This document shows positions 1 to 7,910 of a DNA stretch of 19,503 bases, piece by piece (the stretch's first letter is position 1; every line of letters starts with the position of its first letter). The notes below the pieces were generated by a model. The model did not search any database. It worked only from the letters and a program-made list of their open reading frames with translations, and had not been told where the DNA came from. The DNA comes from an uncultured Verrucomicrobiales bacterium (GTDB lineage Bacteria; Verrucomicrobiota; Verrucomicrobiia; Verrucomicrobiales; DEV007). The DNA is taken from contig CALKOM010000149.1 of the NCBI GenBank assembly GCA_938091905.1, positions 1 through 19,503 of the forward strand, written 5' to 3'. Position numbers and translations under genes: made by a program.

Positions 1-1485
1 AACTGTCCATCCTTTCGTGGTCGTTCGTCCGTAGTAAGGATAGTAATCCCAATCATCGGCACCGCGAGTCACTCGAGGATCATTGGTTTCCCTCAACTGC
101 TTGAACAAACGCTCGCGCAAAGGTTGCTGAATGCTCGTCATCGAGGCCAAGCCAGCCACGTTGCGCATCTGATGAGGATCCTTTCTGAGATCGTAAAGTT
201 CTTCGGCTGGTCGCATCCCAAAGGCCAGTGCCGCCAATTTATCCACGCCATGTTCGTTACGATGCTCCATCATAAACATCTTCGTCGGCGAACTATCAAT
301 TTCCCCATACGGGATGGACCGAGCACACACAGACGCATCAGGAGAGCCTGACGGCCAGCGGGTCGGTGCAAAGTTGTGGATGTAGAGATAGTCCGCCGTC
401 CGGATTGCACGGCAGGGATAGCCCTTGCCCCCCTTGCGACAACCATCGTGACGCTCCATCGCGATATAGGCAGCATCGCGTTCACTGGAGGATTCTCCCT
501 TGAAAACACTCATCAAACTGCGAGCGGTCATCATGTTTGGGGCTTCGAGTCCAGCCGCTTCGAGAAAGGTTGGGGCCAGGTCACTCAAGGCGACAAAGTC
601 ATCGACTGACCGACCGGGATTTGCAATACCCTTTGGCCAACGGATCGCCAGTGGGACACGTGAGCCTGCGTCATAGAGACTAGCCTTCGCTCGCGGGAAC
701 GGCATGCCGTGATCACTCGTGACCACGACGATCGTGTTGTCTAATTGATTGCTAGCCTCAAGGCTAGCAATCGCCCGAGCGACCATGTTATCAAAATGTT
801 CGACCTCGACTAAATAATCTAGGATATCACTGCGCACGATTTCATTGTCAGGAAAGATCGGTGGCACGATGACTTTGGCAGGATCTTTCCCACTTTTGAT
901 GCCAACGCCATTCTCAAAACCACGATGAGGCTCATGCGTACCTAACCAGAAACAGAAGGGCGCATTTTCGGGCAGTTGCCCGAGGAAATCCTCGAAGTTC
1001 CCTGCATAGTCCTTCTGACTCATGCCGTTGATCGGTGCCCTCAAGGTTCGCCCTTCGAACTCAGGGCCTGCTGGATTGACTATTCGTCCGCCCGGCTCAA
1101 GCCTGCCCGGGCTCCACCCTTTGCCGGTGTGCCCGATCGTGTACCCTGCCTTCTGTAGCAGCTCGGTGTAAGTGGCGAACTTTGCAGGCAAGGTGCTATG
1201 GATGTTACCTGCCTCTTCAAGCCTCCAAATAGGCTGCCCCGTCAGAATGGCGCTTCGCGATGGACCACATGTCGGTGCATCACAGAAGGCATGAACGAAA
1301 CGCAAACCCTCTTTGGCCATACGATCAAAGGCGGGCGTCTTGATGACGGGATCGCCATTGGCCCCTGTGTGAGCATAGCTCTGATCATCAGAAATACAGA
1401 AGAGGATGTTAGGTCGCTGCGCCTCGGCTGTCAGGGAACCAAAGGCGACGAACAACAGACCAAGAATCAAACGGATATTACTCAT
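1..1485 (-). CDS. Sulfatase (S1 family, Cys-type; heparan N-sulfatase/sulfamidase-like), secreted; 3' end outside the window
   Basis: Manual translation from ATG at 1485 is open for 495 codons to position 1, so the ORF track missed it for lack of a stop. N-terminus MSNIRLILGLLFVAFGSLTAEAQ-RPNILFCISDDQ gives a signal peptide plus the metal-binding DD. The formylglycine motif CGPSRSAILTG (CxPxR) is at 1255-1269. Other motifs: GHTGKGW, WLGTHEPHR, TSDHGMPFPRAKASLYDAGSRVPLAIRWP and RPAEELYDLRKDP. Confidence 0.95.
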   Translation of the reverse strand, partial: MSNIRLILGLLFVAFGSLTAEAQRPNILFCISDDQSYAHTGANGDPVIKTPAFDRMAKEGLRFVHAFCDAPTCGPSRSAILTGQPIWRLEEAGNIHSTLPAKFATYTELLQKAGYTIGHTGKGWSPGRLEPGGRIVNPAGPEFEGRTLRAPINGMSQKDYAGNFEDFLGQLPENAPFCFWLGTHEPHRGFENGVGIKSGKDPAKVIVPPIFPDNEIVRSDILDYLVEVEHFDNMVARAIASLEASNQLDNTIVVVTSDHGMPFPRAKASLYDAGSRVPLAIRWPKGIANPGRSVDDFVALSDLAPTFLEAAGLEAPNMMTARSLMSVFKGESSSERDAAYIAMERHDGCRKGGKGYPCRAIRTADYLYIHNFAPTRWPSGSPDASVCARSIPYGEIDSSPTKMFMMEHRNEHGVDKLAALAFGMRPAEELYDLRKDPHQMRNVAGLASMTSIQQPLRERLFKQLRETNDPRVTRGADDWDYYPYYGRTTTKGWTV

Positions 1486-1682
1486 GGGATCACAGTGAAA
1501 CATAGATTCAATTCAACTTGGCATTCGTTGGACACACTCAGCAGTGGCCAGCGTACCTTGCGCCGTCCCAGAAAGTAGGAATCCATGTTCTGAAAAACCC
1601 TCTTGGAGAGAAACACGCCCGCCGCCAGGACGAGCACCAAGTAAGAAACAATGATGGTGACGTCGACGGGATGGATCTCCAT
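1482..1682 (-). pseudogene. Truncated sodium:solute symporter (SSS family) N-terminal fragment
   Basis: From ATG 1682 it reads MEIHPVDVTIIVSYLVLVLAAGVFLSKRVFQNMDSYFLGRRKVRWPLLSVSN, the typical SSS start (D..II..Y TM1, then YFLxGR..PW...S). Similarity ends near 1527, and the frame stops at 1482-1484 over the sulfatase ATG. About 52 residues of a normally 450+ aa transporter remain. Confidence 0.8.
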
Positions 1683-1709
1683 GAAAGCCACTTTCTCGCA
1701 TCCTTTGTC

Positions 1710-1725
1710 TGTCTTAGGCAAGACA
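1710..1725. promoter_or_regulatory. Perfect 6-4-6 inverted repeat TGTCTT-AGGC-AAGACA, candidate operator
   Basis: Seen directly in the 82-bp divergent gap between the symporter stub (start 1682, minus) and the secreted-protein pseudogene (start 1765, plus). Operator function is inferred. Confidence 0.4.
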
Positions 1726-1764
1726 ACATCTCATAAGGTAGGCCTCGCCTTCAGATTCTAGCCG

Positions 1765-2935
1765 TTGAAAAGCCCACTCACTATTGCTTCCGCTTCTCTC
1801 CTGCTCGCGATGATCTGTCCGAGTCATGCCGAGTTCATCACTCCATTGGCCGTTATCGTATCCAATGGCGAAGATACCACCGAATCTTTGATCGATGGTG
1901 TTGGATTCACTGATGATCTACCAACGGCCGACTCAGCGCACATTCCCGACACCGGCCTGTGGTCTGGCGTGGGCTCGATCAATGTCTGAGCTACCTTTGA
2001 TTTAGGTAGTGTCATGAATATTTCCCAGGCTCGAAGGTGGAACGGAGGTGGCGCTATCCTCCCAAACCGATCAACGTGGCGAACAAGCGTTCATTTGGAG
2101 CAGCCCGTTGTTGCCCAACCGTGAACACGTCCTTCGGGTCACGGGCGATGGCACGGGGGTTGTAACAGCGAATCGATTTGATGTGCACGTGCCAACTACG
2201 CGTATAGTAGAGGTGGACGACGAGGCGAACATTGGTGATGGGATCAATCAAATCGCGTATTTAGATGGCTGGACCTTGGCACCAGGGAATGAGAATGACC
2301 GGTGATTCAATAACAACGATCACCATTCTGGAAATAGAGATGATTGGTCCGAGACCAAGTTTGTTGGCGTGAAGATTGATTTCTACGCAACCGTGGCGAG
2401 TCATCACGGCACGGCCACAGCAAGTATCGATGGGGGGGGCGGAAGTGGAGATATCCTATCAAACCGAGGGGGGCTTCTCCGAAGATCCTGACACGGGTGC
2501 CGGTCTGTTCATCGACGACGAAGAAGCGATGCCTGCAAACGTCGAGGGCTTATCCAATGGCTTCTATGTAAGTGTTGGTAATGATCTAGTCAAGATTCCC
2601 AGGACAGGCGATTGGACCATTGGTTTCATCGGTGATGAAGGCTTCGCGCTGCGATTTGTCGGTGCGGCGTTTGCGAGTGCTGCCGGAAACAGCGTGATCG
2701 ATGGGAATTACTCTAAGTTCCTTAGTCATCCTCCGAATGACGCCAATAGTAATGTGAGAGAGGTTTTACAGGGGCGGAAGGGGAGCTTTGCGAGATTGAA
2801 GTGGTCACCAGAAACCGCTCGGGCAATGCCCACTTCGAAGTCTACGCGGCAGAAGGCGCCTTCGTCGACGCTGGTGACATCGAAACCTGGGCATTGATCG
2901 GTTCGGAAGACGGTCTGGAACTCGTTGGCGCCCGG
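1765..2935 (+). pseudogene. Degraded large secreted multidomain protein (signal peptide, repeated jelly-roll carbohydrate-binding-like modules, PA14-like domain)
   Basis: ORFs 1765-1989, 2048-2305, 2376-2897 and 2801-3094 join into one protein-like chain. It starts with signal peptide MKSPLTIASASLLLAMICPSHA. It reads through TGA 1987 into ATFDLGSVMNISQ and through TGA 2303 into FNNNDHHSGNRDDWSETKFVGVKIDFYATVASHHGTATASIDGG. A frameshift at G8 (2432-2439) leads into AEVEISYQT, then PA14-like IPRTGDWTIGFIGDEGFALRF. A further frameshift near 2772 leads into EIEVVTRNRSGNAHFEVYAAEG...WALIG. Confidence 0.75.
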
Positions 2936-2958
2936 TTATTACAAAGAAATGAGGTCAA

Positions 2959-4191
2959 TCATCGTTTGATCACGAGGGCGAAGAGGGCGCTGAGGGTCGT
3001 TGCTCCAGCCACCACGATAAACACGATAGCCGTGTTACCTTGTGAGTCGATCAACCAACCGATCAACGGTTCTCCGGCACCAGCAAAGAGATAGGCAAAG
3101 AAGTTCATCACACCTGTCGCTGTGCCCGCGCGTTGCGTGCCAAAGGTATCAGGGCAAAGCGCCCAGAAACTTGCTTGTGGGCCGTAGACGAAAAAGCCTG
3201 TGGTAAAGAGTGCGGGAATCACCAGCGGGTGATTCACTGGAAGCATCCACATGATGAGCGAACTCACCGCAGCCAGCGAAAGGAAAGACACGATCGCTTT
3301 GGAACGGTTGCCATGGAACACACGATCGGAGATCCACCCATTGGCGAGAGCTCCAACGGCCATCCCAATGGGGAGAAACACACTCAACCATTTCGTGCCG
3401 CCGGGTTCTTTCCAATTCTCTCCAAGAAAGTGCACCGGAACCCAAACCAACAAGCCGTATCGAGCGAGATTCTGAAGTCCAATGGCAACGCATCCGAACA
3501 GGAATCGGGACTTTGATAGGACGACCTTGTACTTGGCAATGGCCGATTCCGACAGTTCTACAGTGTCGTTAGTTGCCGAGCCTGCCTCCGGTTCTCCATC
3601 CTCATGATCGAATCCCAGGTCCCTCGGACGATCCCTGGCAACAAAGTAGTAGAGAATCCCCACACCAAACAACAACAGGACGGGGCCACGAAAGATCCAC
3701 CGCCAGCTCAGCCCCATCTCGAGAACGGCATTTGAAGTTAAGTAGGCAAGTACTGAAGAGCATCCAGCCGCGAAGACGTAAAGTCCGTAAACTTGACCGC
3801 GCTGTTCTCCCGACCACCAGTTTGAGATTAGTCGGCTGCCAGGCGCCCAACCCATCGATTGGGCGAATCCGTTCACTAACCATGGCAGTCCAATCCCAAC
3901 CACACTTTGCCCAAAGCTCACGACCCAGTTGAGCCCTGTGGAAAGAACGGCGCCGAGTGGCATCATTCGCCGTCCTCCGATTCGATCGCCGAGCTGTCCG
4001 TTGATGGCCTGTCCAACCGCATAGGCCCAGAGAAGCCCGGCACTAGCCCAACCGAGCATGGTCTTGGATATTCCCAATTCCTCCTCAATCCCAGGAATCG
4101 CAAAGCCAAAGGTCTGGCGCCCGGTGTAGTAGCAGAGGTAGCAAACCATGGTAGCGAGGAGCATTCGCCATTTCGTTGCTTTGTATGTCAT
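2959..4191 (-). CDS. MFS transporter, organophosphate:phosphate antiporter (GlpT/UhpT/OPA)-like
   Basis: 410 aa with about 12 hydrophobic segments. MFS motif A occurs as GQLGDRIGGRR and GWISDRVF. OPA-like motifs: YYTGRQTF (cf. GlpT YLVRKNF), NGFAQSMGWAP, SNWWSGEQRG, LARYGLLVWVP (cf. GlpT LLRYGILDWSP), GFFVYGPQ and AGTATGVMNFFAY. Confidence 0.9.
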   Translation of the reverse strand: MTYKATKWRMLLATMVCYLCYYTGRQTFGFAIPGIEEELGISKTMLGWASAGLLWAYAVGQAINGQLGDRIGGRRMMPLGAVLSTGLNWVVSFGQSVVGIGLPWLVNGFAQSMGWAPGSRLISNWWSGEQRGQVYGLYVFAAGCSSVLAYLTSNAVLEMGLSWRWIFRGPVLLLFGVGILYYFVARDRPRDLGFDHEDGEPEAGSATNDTVELSESAIAKYKVVLSKSRFLFGCVAIGLQNLARYGLLVWVPVHFLGENWKEPGGTKWLSVFLPIGMAVGALANGWISDRVFHGNRSKAIVSFLSLAAVSSLIMWMLPVNHPLVIPALFTTGFFVYGPQASFWALCPDTFGTQRAGTATGVMNFFAYLFAGAGEPLIGWLIDSQGNTAIVFIVVAGATTLSALFALVIKR

Positions 4192-5345
4192 GATTGAGAT
4201 GTCGCTTGGGTATCAAAGAGATGCTGATAGATCTCGTTGATGTCGCTCCTCATTAGCGTCAGAGGGTTGTTTGCTAACCGATTCGCATTTACGGAGTCGT
4301 TGAGCTGATCGAGTTGGCGAGTGGTCGCCTTAGCATTGAAACGTGGGAGTTGCAGCCGATCACTGAGGTATCCTTCCCACCAATCTGGAAAACTCTCGCA
4401 CGTCTGTCCCCAACACTCTGCGATCTCTTCGAGACGCCTACGAACAAACTTAGAACCCGCAGGATGGGTGCAATCGCGGTCCGATACTTTCATGTTTCGC
4501 CGGAATACCTGACCAAACAGAATAGCGACCGCTCGTCCGTGAGGGATCCCGAATAGAGAGGTCAGGCCGTAGGAGAGTGCGTGCGGAGCGGTAGTGGTCG
4601 TTAGGTTGATAGCTTTGCCTGCAAGATGTGCCGAAATCTGCATGCCTGTTATTGAGTCATTGTCAGAAGAATGAACAGCCGTTTCCAAGTGCTCAATAGC
4701 CAATCCGAGCGCAGCCTGGGCGTGGTCTTCCGATTCAGAAGTGCTGCGAACGCTCCACAGCGACTCCATCGCCTGGCAGACCGCATCAAGGCCAGCATCA
4801 GCAATCACCGACCGAGGCAGGCTTGCTAAGAGTGACGGATCCAGCGCCCAGGCATCTGGCTTCAGGGCGTCTCCCGATAACGAGCATTTGATTCCATCTC
4901 GATAGAGAACTGCAAATCGAGTAACCTCGGCACCGGTTCCTGCCGTCGTGGGAATCGCTATTAGAGCAATGTTAGAGCGCTCGATGGTCACTTCGCTCCC
5001 CGATTCCGTGGCTGCCCAGAGTTGATCAACGCCTCCCATCTGCAACGCAGTCGCGGTCAGCTTTGCCAGATCCATCGCGGTGCCGCCTCCTATTGCGAGG
5101 ACGCATTCTGCCCGGCTGGATTGGGCCGCCGCCATGGCGGCATTCAGCGAATCCCAGGTAGGGTTCGGCGAGAACTCCATAAATGATGTCAGGCTGTCTG
5201 CGGATCCCAACGAGTTCAGGGTCGCGATAATTTCGAAGGCGGCTTCAACTGCTGGATCAAGAATCACCAAGACCTTACGGTGTTCAATGAACGGGCGAAC
5301 CTTGGTTGGCCACGCACTGATGAAATCCTGGATAGCTATTGCCAT
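4188..5345 (-). CDS. Iron-containing (group III) alcohol dehydrogenase, phosphonoacetaldehyde reductase / hydroxyethylphosphonate dehydrogenase-like
   Basis: 385 aa with Fe-ADH motifs FSPNP, AIGGGTAMDLAK, AIPTTAGTGAEVTRFAV, LDPSL and GLDAVCQAMESLWS. The segments AGKAINLTTTTAPHALSYGLTSLFGIPHGRA and DCTHPAGSKFV resemble, from recall, the phosphonoacetaldehyde reductase (PhpC/FomC-type) subfamily. The family call is secure and the subfamily call moderately so. 4-bp ATGA overlap with the MFS gene. Confidence 0.85.
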   Translation of the reverse strand: MAIAIQDFISAWPTKVRPFIEHRKVLVILDPAVEAAFEIIATLNSLGSADSLTSFMEFSPNPTWDSLNAAMAAAQSSRAECVLAIGGGTAMDLAKLTATALQMGGVDQLWAATESGSEVTIERSNIALIAIPTTAGTGAEVTRFAVLYRDGIKCSLSGDALKPDAWALDPSLLASLPRSVIADAGLDAVCQAMESLWSVRSTSESEDHAQAALGLAIEHLETAVHSSDNDSITGMQISAHLAGKAINLTTTTAPHALSYGLTSLFGIPHGRAVAILFGQVFRRNMKVSDRDCTHPAGSKFVRRRLEEIAECWGQTCESFPDWWEGYLSDRLQLPRFNAKATTRQLDQLNDSVNANRLANNPLTLMRSDINEIYQHLFDTQATSQS

Positions 5346-5367
5346 GATCTACGGGTTAGCGAGGGGC

Positions 5368-6402
5368 TTACCTATACTCTGCCGGCATTCTGGGAACGAT
5401 GCCAAATTTCTCGTAATTGAAACCACTTTCTAGCGGTTTGTAAGTGCCCACAACATCGACGCTGGTTTCTGAGGAAATGGCGTTTTCCATTCGCATTCCC
5501 CAATAGGCGGCATTGATGATCAATCGACGTAGCCCGGCGCTTTGCAGATCTTTGCCACTGCCCATGGTCGAGTGAAATACGCGAGCATCCTTGCCTCTGC
5601 TAGTCTTCCAGGTCTTGAGCCAGGCCACGGGTAAAGGCTCTTTCTTGAGATTGGGAGCATCGTCGTAGCTTCGTCCTACCAATGGCTGCCCCCAAACGAG
5701 GGCAGTACAATCCGCAGGCAAACTCGTGCCCTCTTTGTAAGTGCGATAGACGTCTGACGGGCCCCAAATGTCTCTGACACCTGCGAGGATCGGATGATTC
5801 TTCTGCTTACTAACAATCGTGCCTCTGGTCGAGTCTCGATGCCAGTTTCCGTGATGGCCCATGAACGAGCCTCCCAACACATCCTTGCCGAAATTCACCT
5901 TCTTGCCATTGATCTTATACGGCAGCGCGCCCCGAAAGCCATGGTTTGCGGTTCGCAACGCAATCATGGGTTTGCCGGAATCGATGTAAGCCACAATCCG
6001 CTCCTGCTGTTCCATCGGCAGCGTTAGTAGGCGCGCAAAGAAGACGACGAGATCAGCTGAAGCCAAATGCTCAAGGCCAGGGATGTTGTGGGGCTTGAAG
6101 TCCTCTTCCTTGCCCTTCTTGGGGTAAACCGGCATGGTTGGGTCAACTTCACCCTTATCATTGACTCCGAAGAGCACGCTACAGTCGAAGCCATGATGGG
6201 TGCTCAAGATCTTGGCCATCATCGGCATCGATTGTTCGCTGCGGTATTCTTGATCGGCGGCGATCAGCACAATGTGTTTGCCTTTGCCAGGGCCATCGTT
6301 GCTACCAGGATACGTCAGCCATTGAGGGTTGTCTGGAACAGGGTGAGCGAAGGCTTGACCGCAAATACAAAGGATGGCGAAAGTAGAGAATAGAGAAGAC
6401 AT
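5368..6402 (-). CDS. ThuA (trehalose-utilisation, class I glutamine amidotransferase-like) domain protein, secreted
   Basis: 344 aa with signal peptide ending AFA. Motifs GKGKHIVLIAADQEYRSEQSMP, NIPGLEHL, ALRTANHGF, HPILAGV, PVAW and RVFHSTMGS...LRRLIINAAYW are typical of PVC ThuA-like proteins. Confidence 0.85.
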   Translation of the reverse strand: MSSLFSTFAILCICGQAFAHPVPDNPQWLTYPGSNDGPGKGKHIVLIAADQEYRSEQSMPMMAKILSTHHGFDCSVLFGVNDKGEVDPTMPVYPKKGKEEDFKPHNIPGLEHLASADLVVFFARLLTLPMEQQERIVAYIDSGKPMIALRTANHGFRGALPYKINGKKVNFGKDVLGGSFMGHHGNWHRDSTRGTIVSKQKNHPILAGVRDIWGPSDVYRTYKEGTSLPADCTALVWGQPLVGRSYDDAPNLKKEPLPVAWLKTWKTSRGKDARVFHSTMGSGKDLQSAGLRRLIINAAYWGMRMENAISSETSVDVVGTYKPLESGFNYEKFGIVPRMPAEYR

Positions 6403-6419
6403 GATTGTCAGGGTGGAAC

Positions 6420-7910
6420 CTAGTTCTTTGGAATCTCGTTGACCGTATAGTAGGCCTTGCTGTGAAGCAGCTTCTCTCCGTCGTTCGAAGTCAGCGGAGC
6501 GAGATCGAAATCGTGGATGTGCCCTTCCATAATGGTTTTCAAATACACTCTCACGGACATTCCGTCTGAGGAAGGCGAAGCTTTGGTCACTTTGGATGTG
6601 GTGTGATCCACCTCAGGGCTGCCATAGCCAGCAGCGTAGTTGTGAGTGTAAGTAGTGATCGAATAAGTGCCATCAACTGCGGCGAGTCGCTTATCTATCG
6701 GCTTGGTGAAGTGTATCAGAAAGCCATCCTTCTTGATATTGATCTCTTTGATCTCGAAGGGCACCTCGCCAGTCCAATCGAGACGCTGCAAGGCAAACGG
6801 TTCAGTGCCGCGTACGGGCCATTGCCGATTGGTGGTGAACCCACCGGCGATTAGTTGCCCCTTGGGTGAAAACTCCACATGCATGATCCCCGTAGCCAAG
6901 CCTTCACGGAAGGGATAGCAGGCGCCTTGCCACACGCCGTTAATCTGTTCGGTAGTCGCACGCATGATGACGCTCAAGGTGTAGTCACCAAGAAACAGCT
7001 GATTTTCAAAGGGACCAAACTTGCTGCCCGTCTGATTGAGACGGAACCCGGAAATCGATCGGCCCATCTTGATATAAGGGAATCGCACCGCAGGTGGGAC
7101 CAATTCCTTCACACGTTTCTTCTCAGCCTGAAGCCGCGAACGACTGTTAGGCTCCACCGCGGGCGCGTCCATGCCAGGGGCATAGGGATACCAATTGTAA
7201 CTCGCAGGATGCCCCAGGAAGCCACCTTGTTTCAGGTGCTTCAAAGAACAGGAACCATTCCAAGGCCCCTGGCTCTCAATTGTAAACATGGCGCCTTCGG
7301 CATTTGGTCCTACACCACCAGGACTCCGCAGCCCGCTACACACCGGAAGCATCTTTCCATCTGGCGTCACCTTCACCGCCCAACCACGAAACAAATTGTG
7401 TGAATTATAGGAACCACTGAGTCCGAGCGCCACCCAGATATTGCCTTCTGGATCGTGCTTGGATCCAAAAGCGAATTCGTGCCCTTCAGCGTATCCCCAG
7501 TTGTTGCTCAAGGTGTCATAGCGGTCAGCCACCTCATCGCCATCCGTGTCAGAAATCCGCGTGACTTCCCCAAATTGCGTGGCGGTCATGGCCCCATCTT
7601 TCCAGGATAGACCGAAGATCTCATCCTGGCCACTGGCGAACAAGTGATAGGTCGGTGTAGGCGGAGAATCAAAGGCGCCATTGACGAAATAGATATCCCC
7701 TCGTCGCGTGCCAATTGCTAATCGCCCGTCAGGCAGAATCTCGAAACTTCCGGTCCGCATGGGGACTTCGGGAGGAATTGGGATATCGACAATGGGATAA
7801 TACTTGGCCTCTTCTTCAGCGCTTCCCCACATCTCGCCGAGCTCCTCAGCGTGAAGGAGGGAGGTGATTGATAGGGCTATTAGAGCCACGATGGAATGTT
7901 TGCCTACCAT
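6420..7910 (-). CDS. Secreted beta-propeller protein, soluble quinoprotein glucose/sorbosone dehydrogenase-like, function unknown
   Basis: 496 aa with signal peptide ending LHA. Propeller-type repeats: PDGRLAIGTRRGDI, DTDGDEVAD (possible Ca-binding), DPEGNIWV, TPDGKM, GLRSPGG and GPFENQLFLGD. Beta-rich C-terminal extension. Its start overlaps the upstream cytochrome gene by 7 bp. Confidence 0.75.
   Translation of the reverse strand: MVGKHSIVALIALSITSLLHAEELGEMWGSAEEEAKYYPIVDIPIPPEVPMRTGSFEILPDGRLAIGTRRGDIYFVNGAFDSPPTPTYHLFASGQDEIFGLSWKDGAMTATQFGEVTRISDTDGDEVADRYDTLSNNWGYAEGHEFAFGSKHDPEGNIWVALGLSGSYNSHNLFRGWAVKVTPDGKMLPVCSGLRSPGGVGPNAEGAMFTIESQGPWNGSCSLKHLKQGGFLGHPASYNWYPYAPGMDAPAVEPNSRSRLQAEKKRVKELVPPAVRFPYIKMGRSISGFRLNQTGSKFGPFENQLFLGDYTLSVIMRATTEQINGVWQGACYPFREGLATGIMHVEFSPKGQLIAGGFTTNRQWPVRGTEPFALQRLDWTGEVPFEIKEINIKKDGFLIHFTKPIDKRLAAVDGTYSITTYTHNYAAGYGSPEVDHTTSKVTKASPSSDGMSVRVYLKTIMEGHIHDFDLAPLTSNDGEKLLHSKAYYTVNEIPKN

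Noticed and set aside
124..1578. Short ORFs 124-351, 270-509, 376-609, 976-1158 and 1198-1578
   Set aside because: They are antisense or off-frame shadows of the sulfatase frame (1485 to <1) and carry no recognisable motifs.
2432..2439. G8 homopolymer at a frameshift as a phase-variation switch
   Set aside because: The same gene has two nonsense codons and apparent deletions, so a change in tract length could not restore it.
2801..3094. 97-aa plus-strand ORF overlapping the MFS 3' end as a real gene
   Set aside because: The first half is the last fragment of the secreted-protein pseudogene. The rest is run-on antisense to the MFS.
6401..6410. TGACAATCAT on the minus strand, matching 10 bases of the 12063 palindrome
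   Set aside because: It includes the first bases of the ThuA start codon, lacks the second arm and sits in a 17-bp intra-operon gap. It is probably coincidence.
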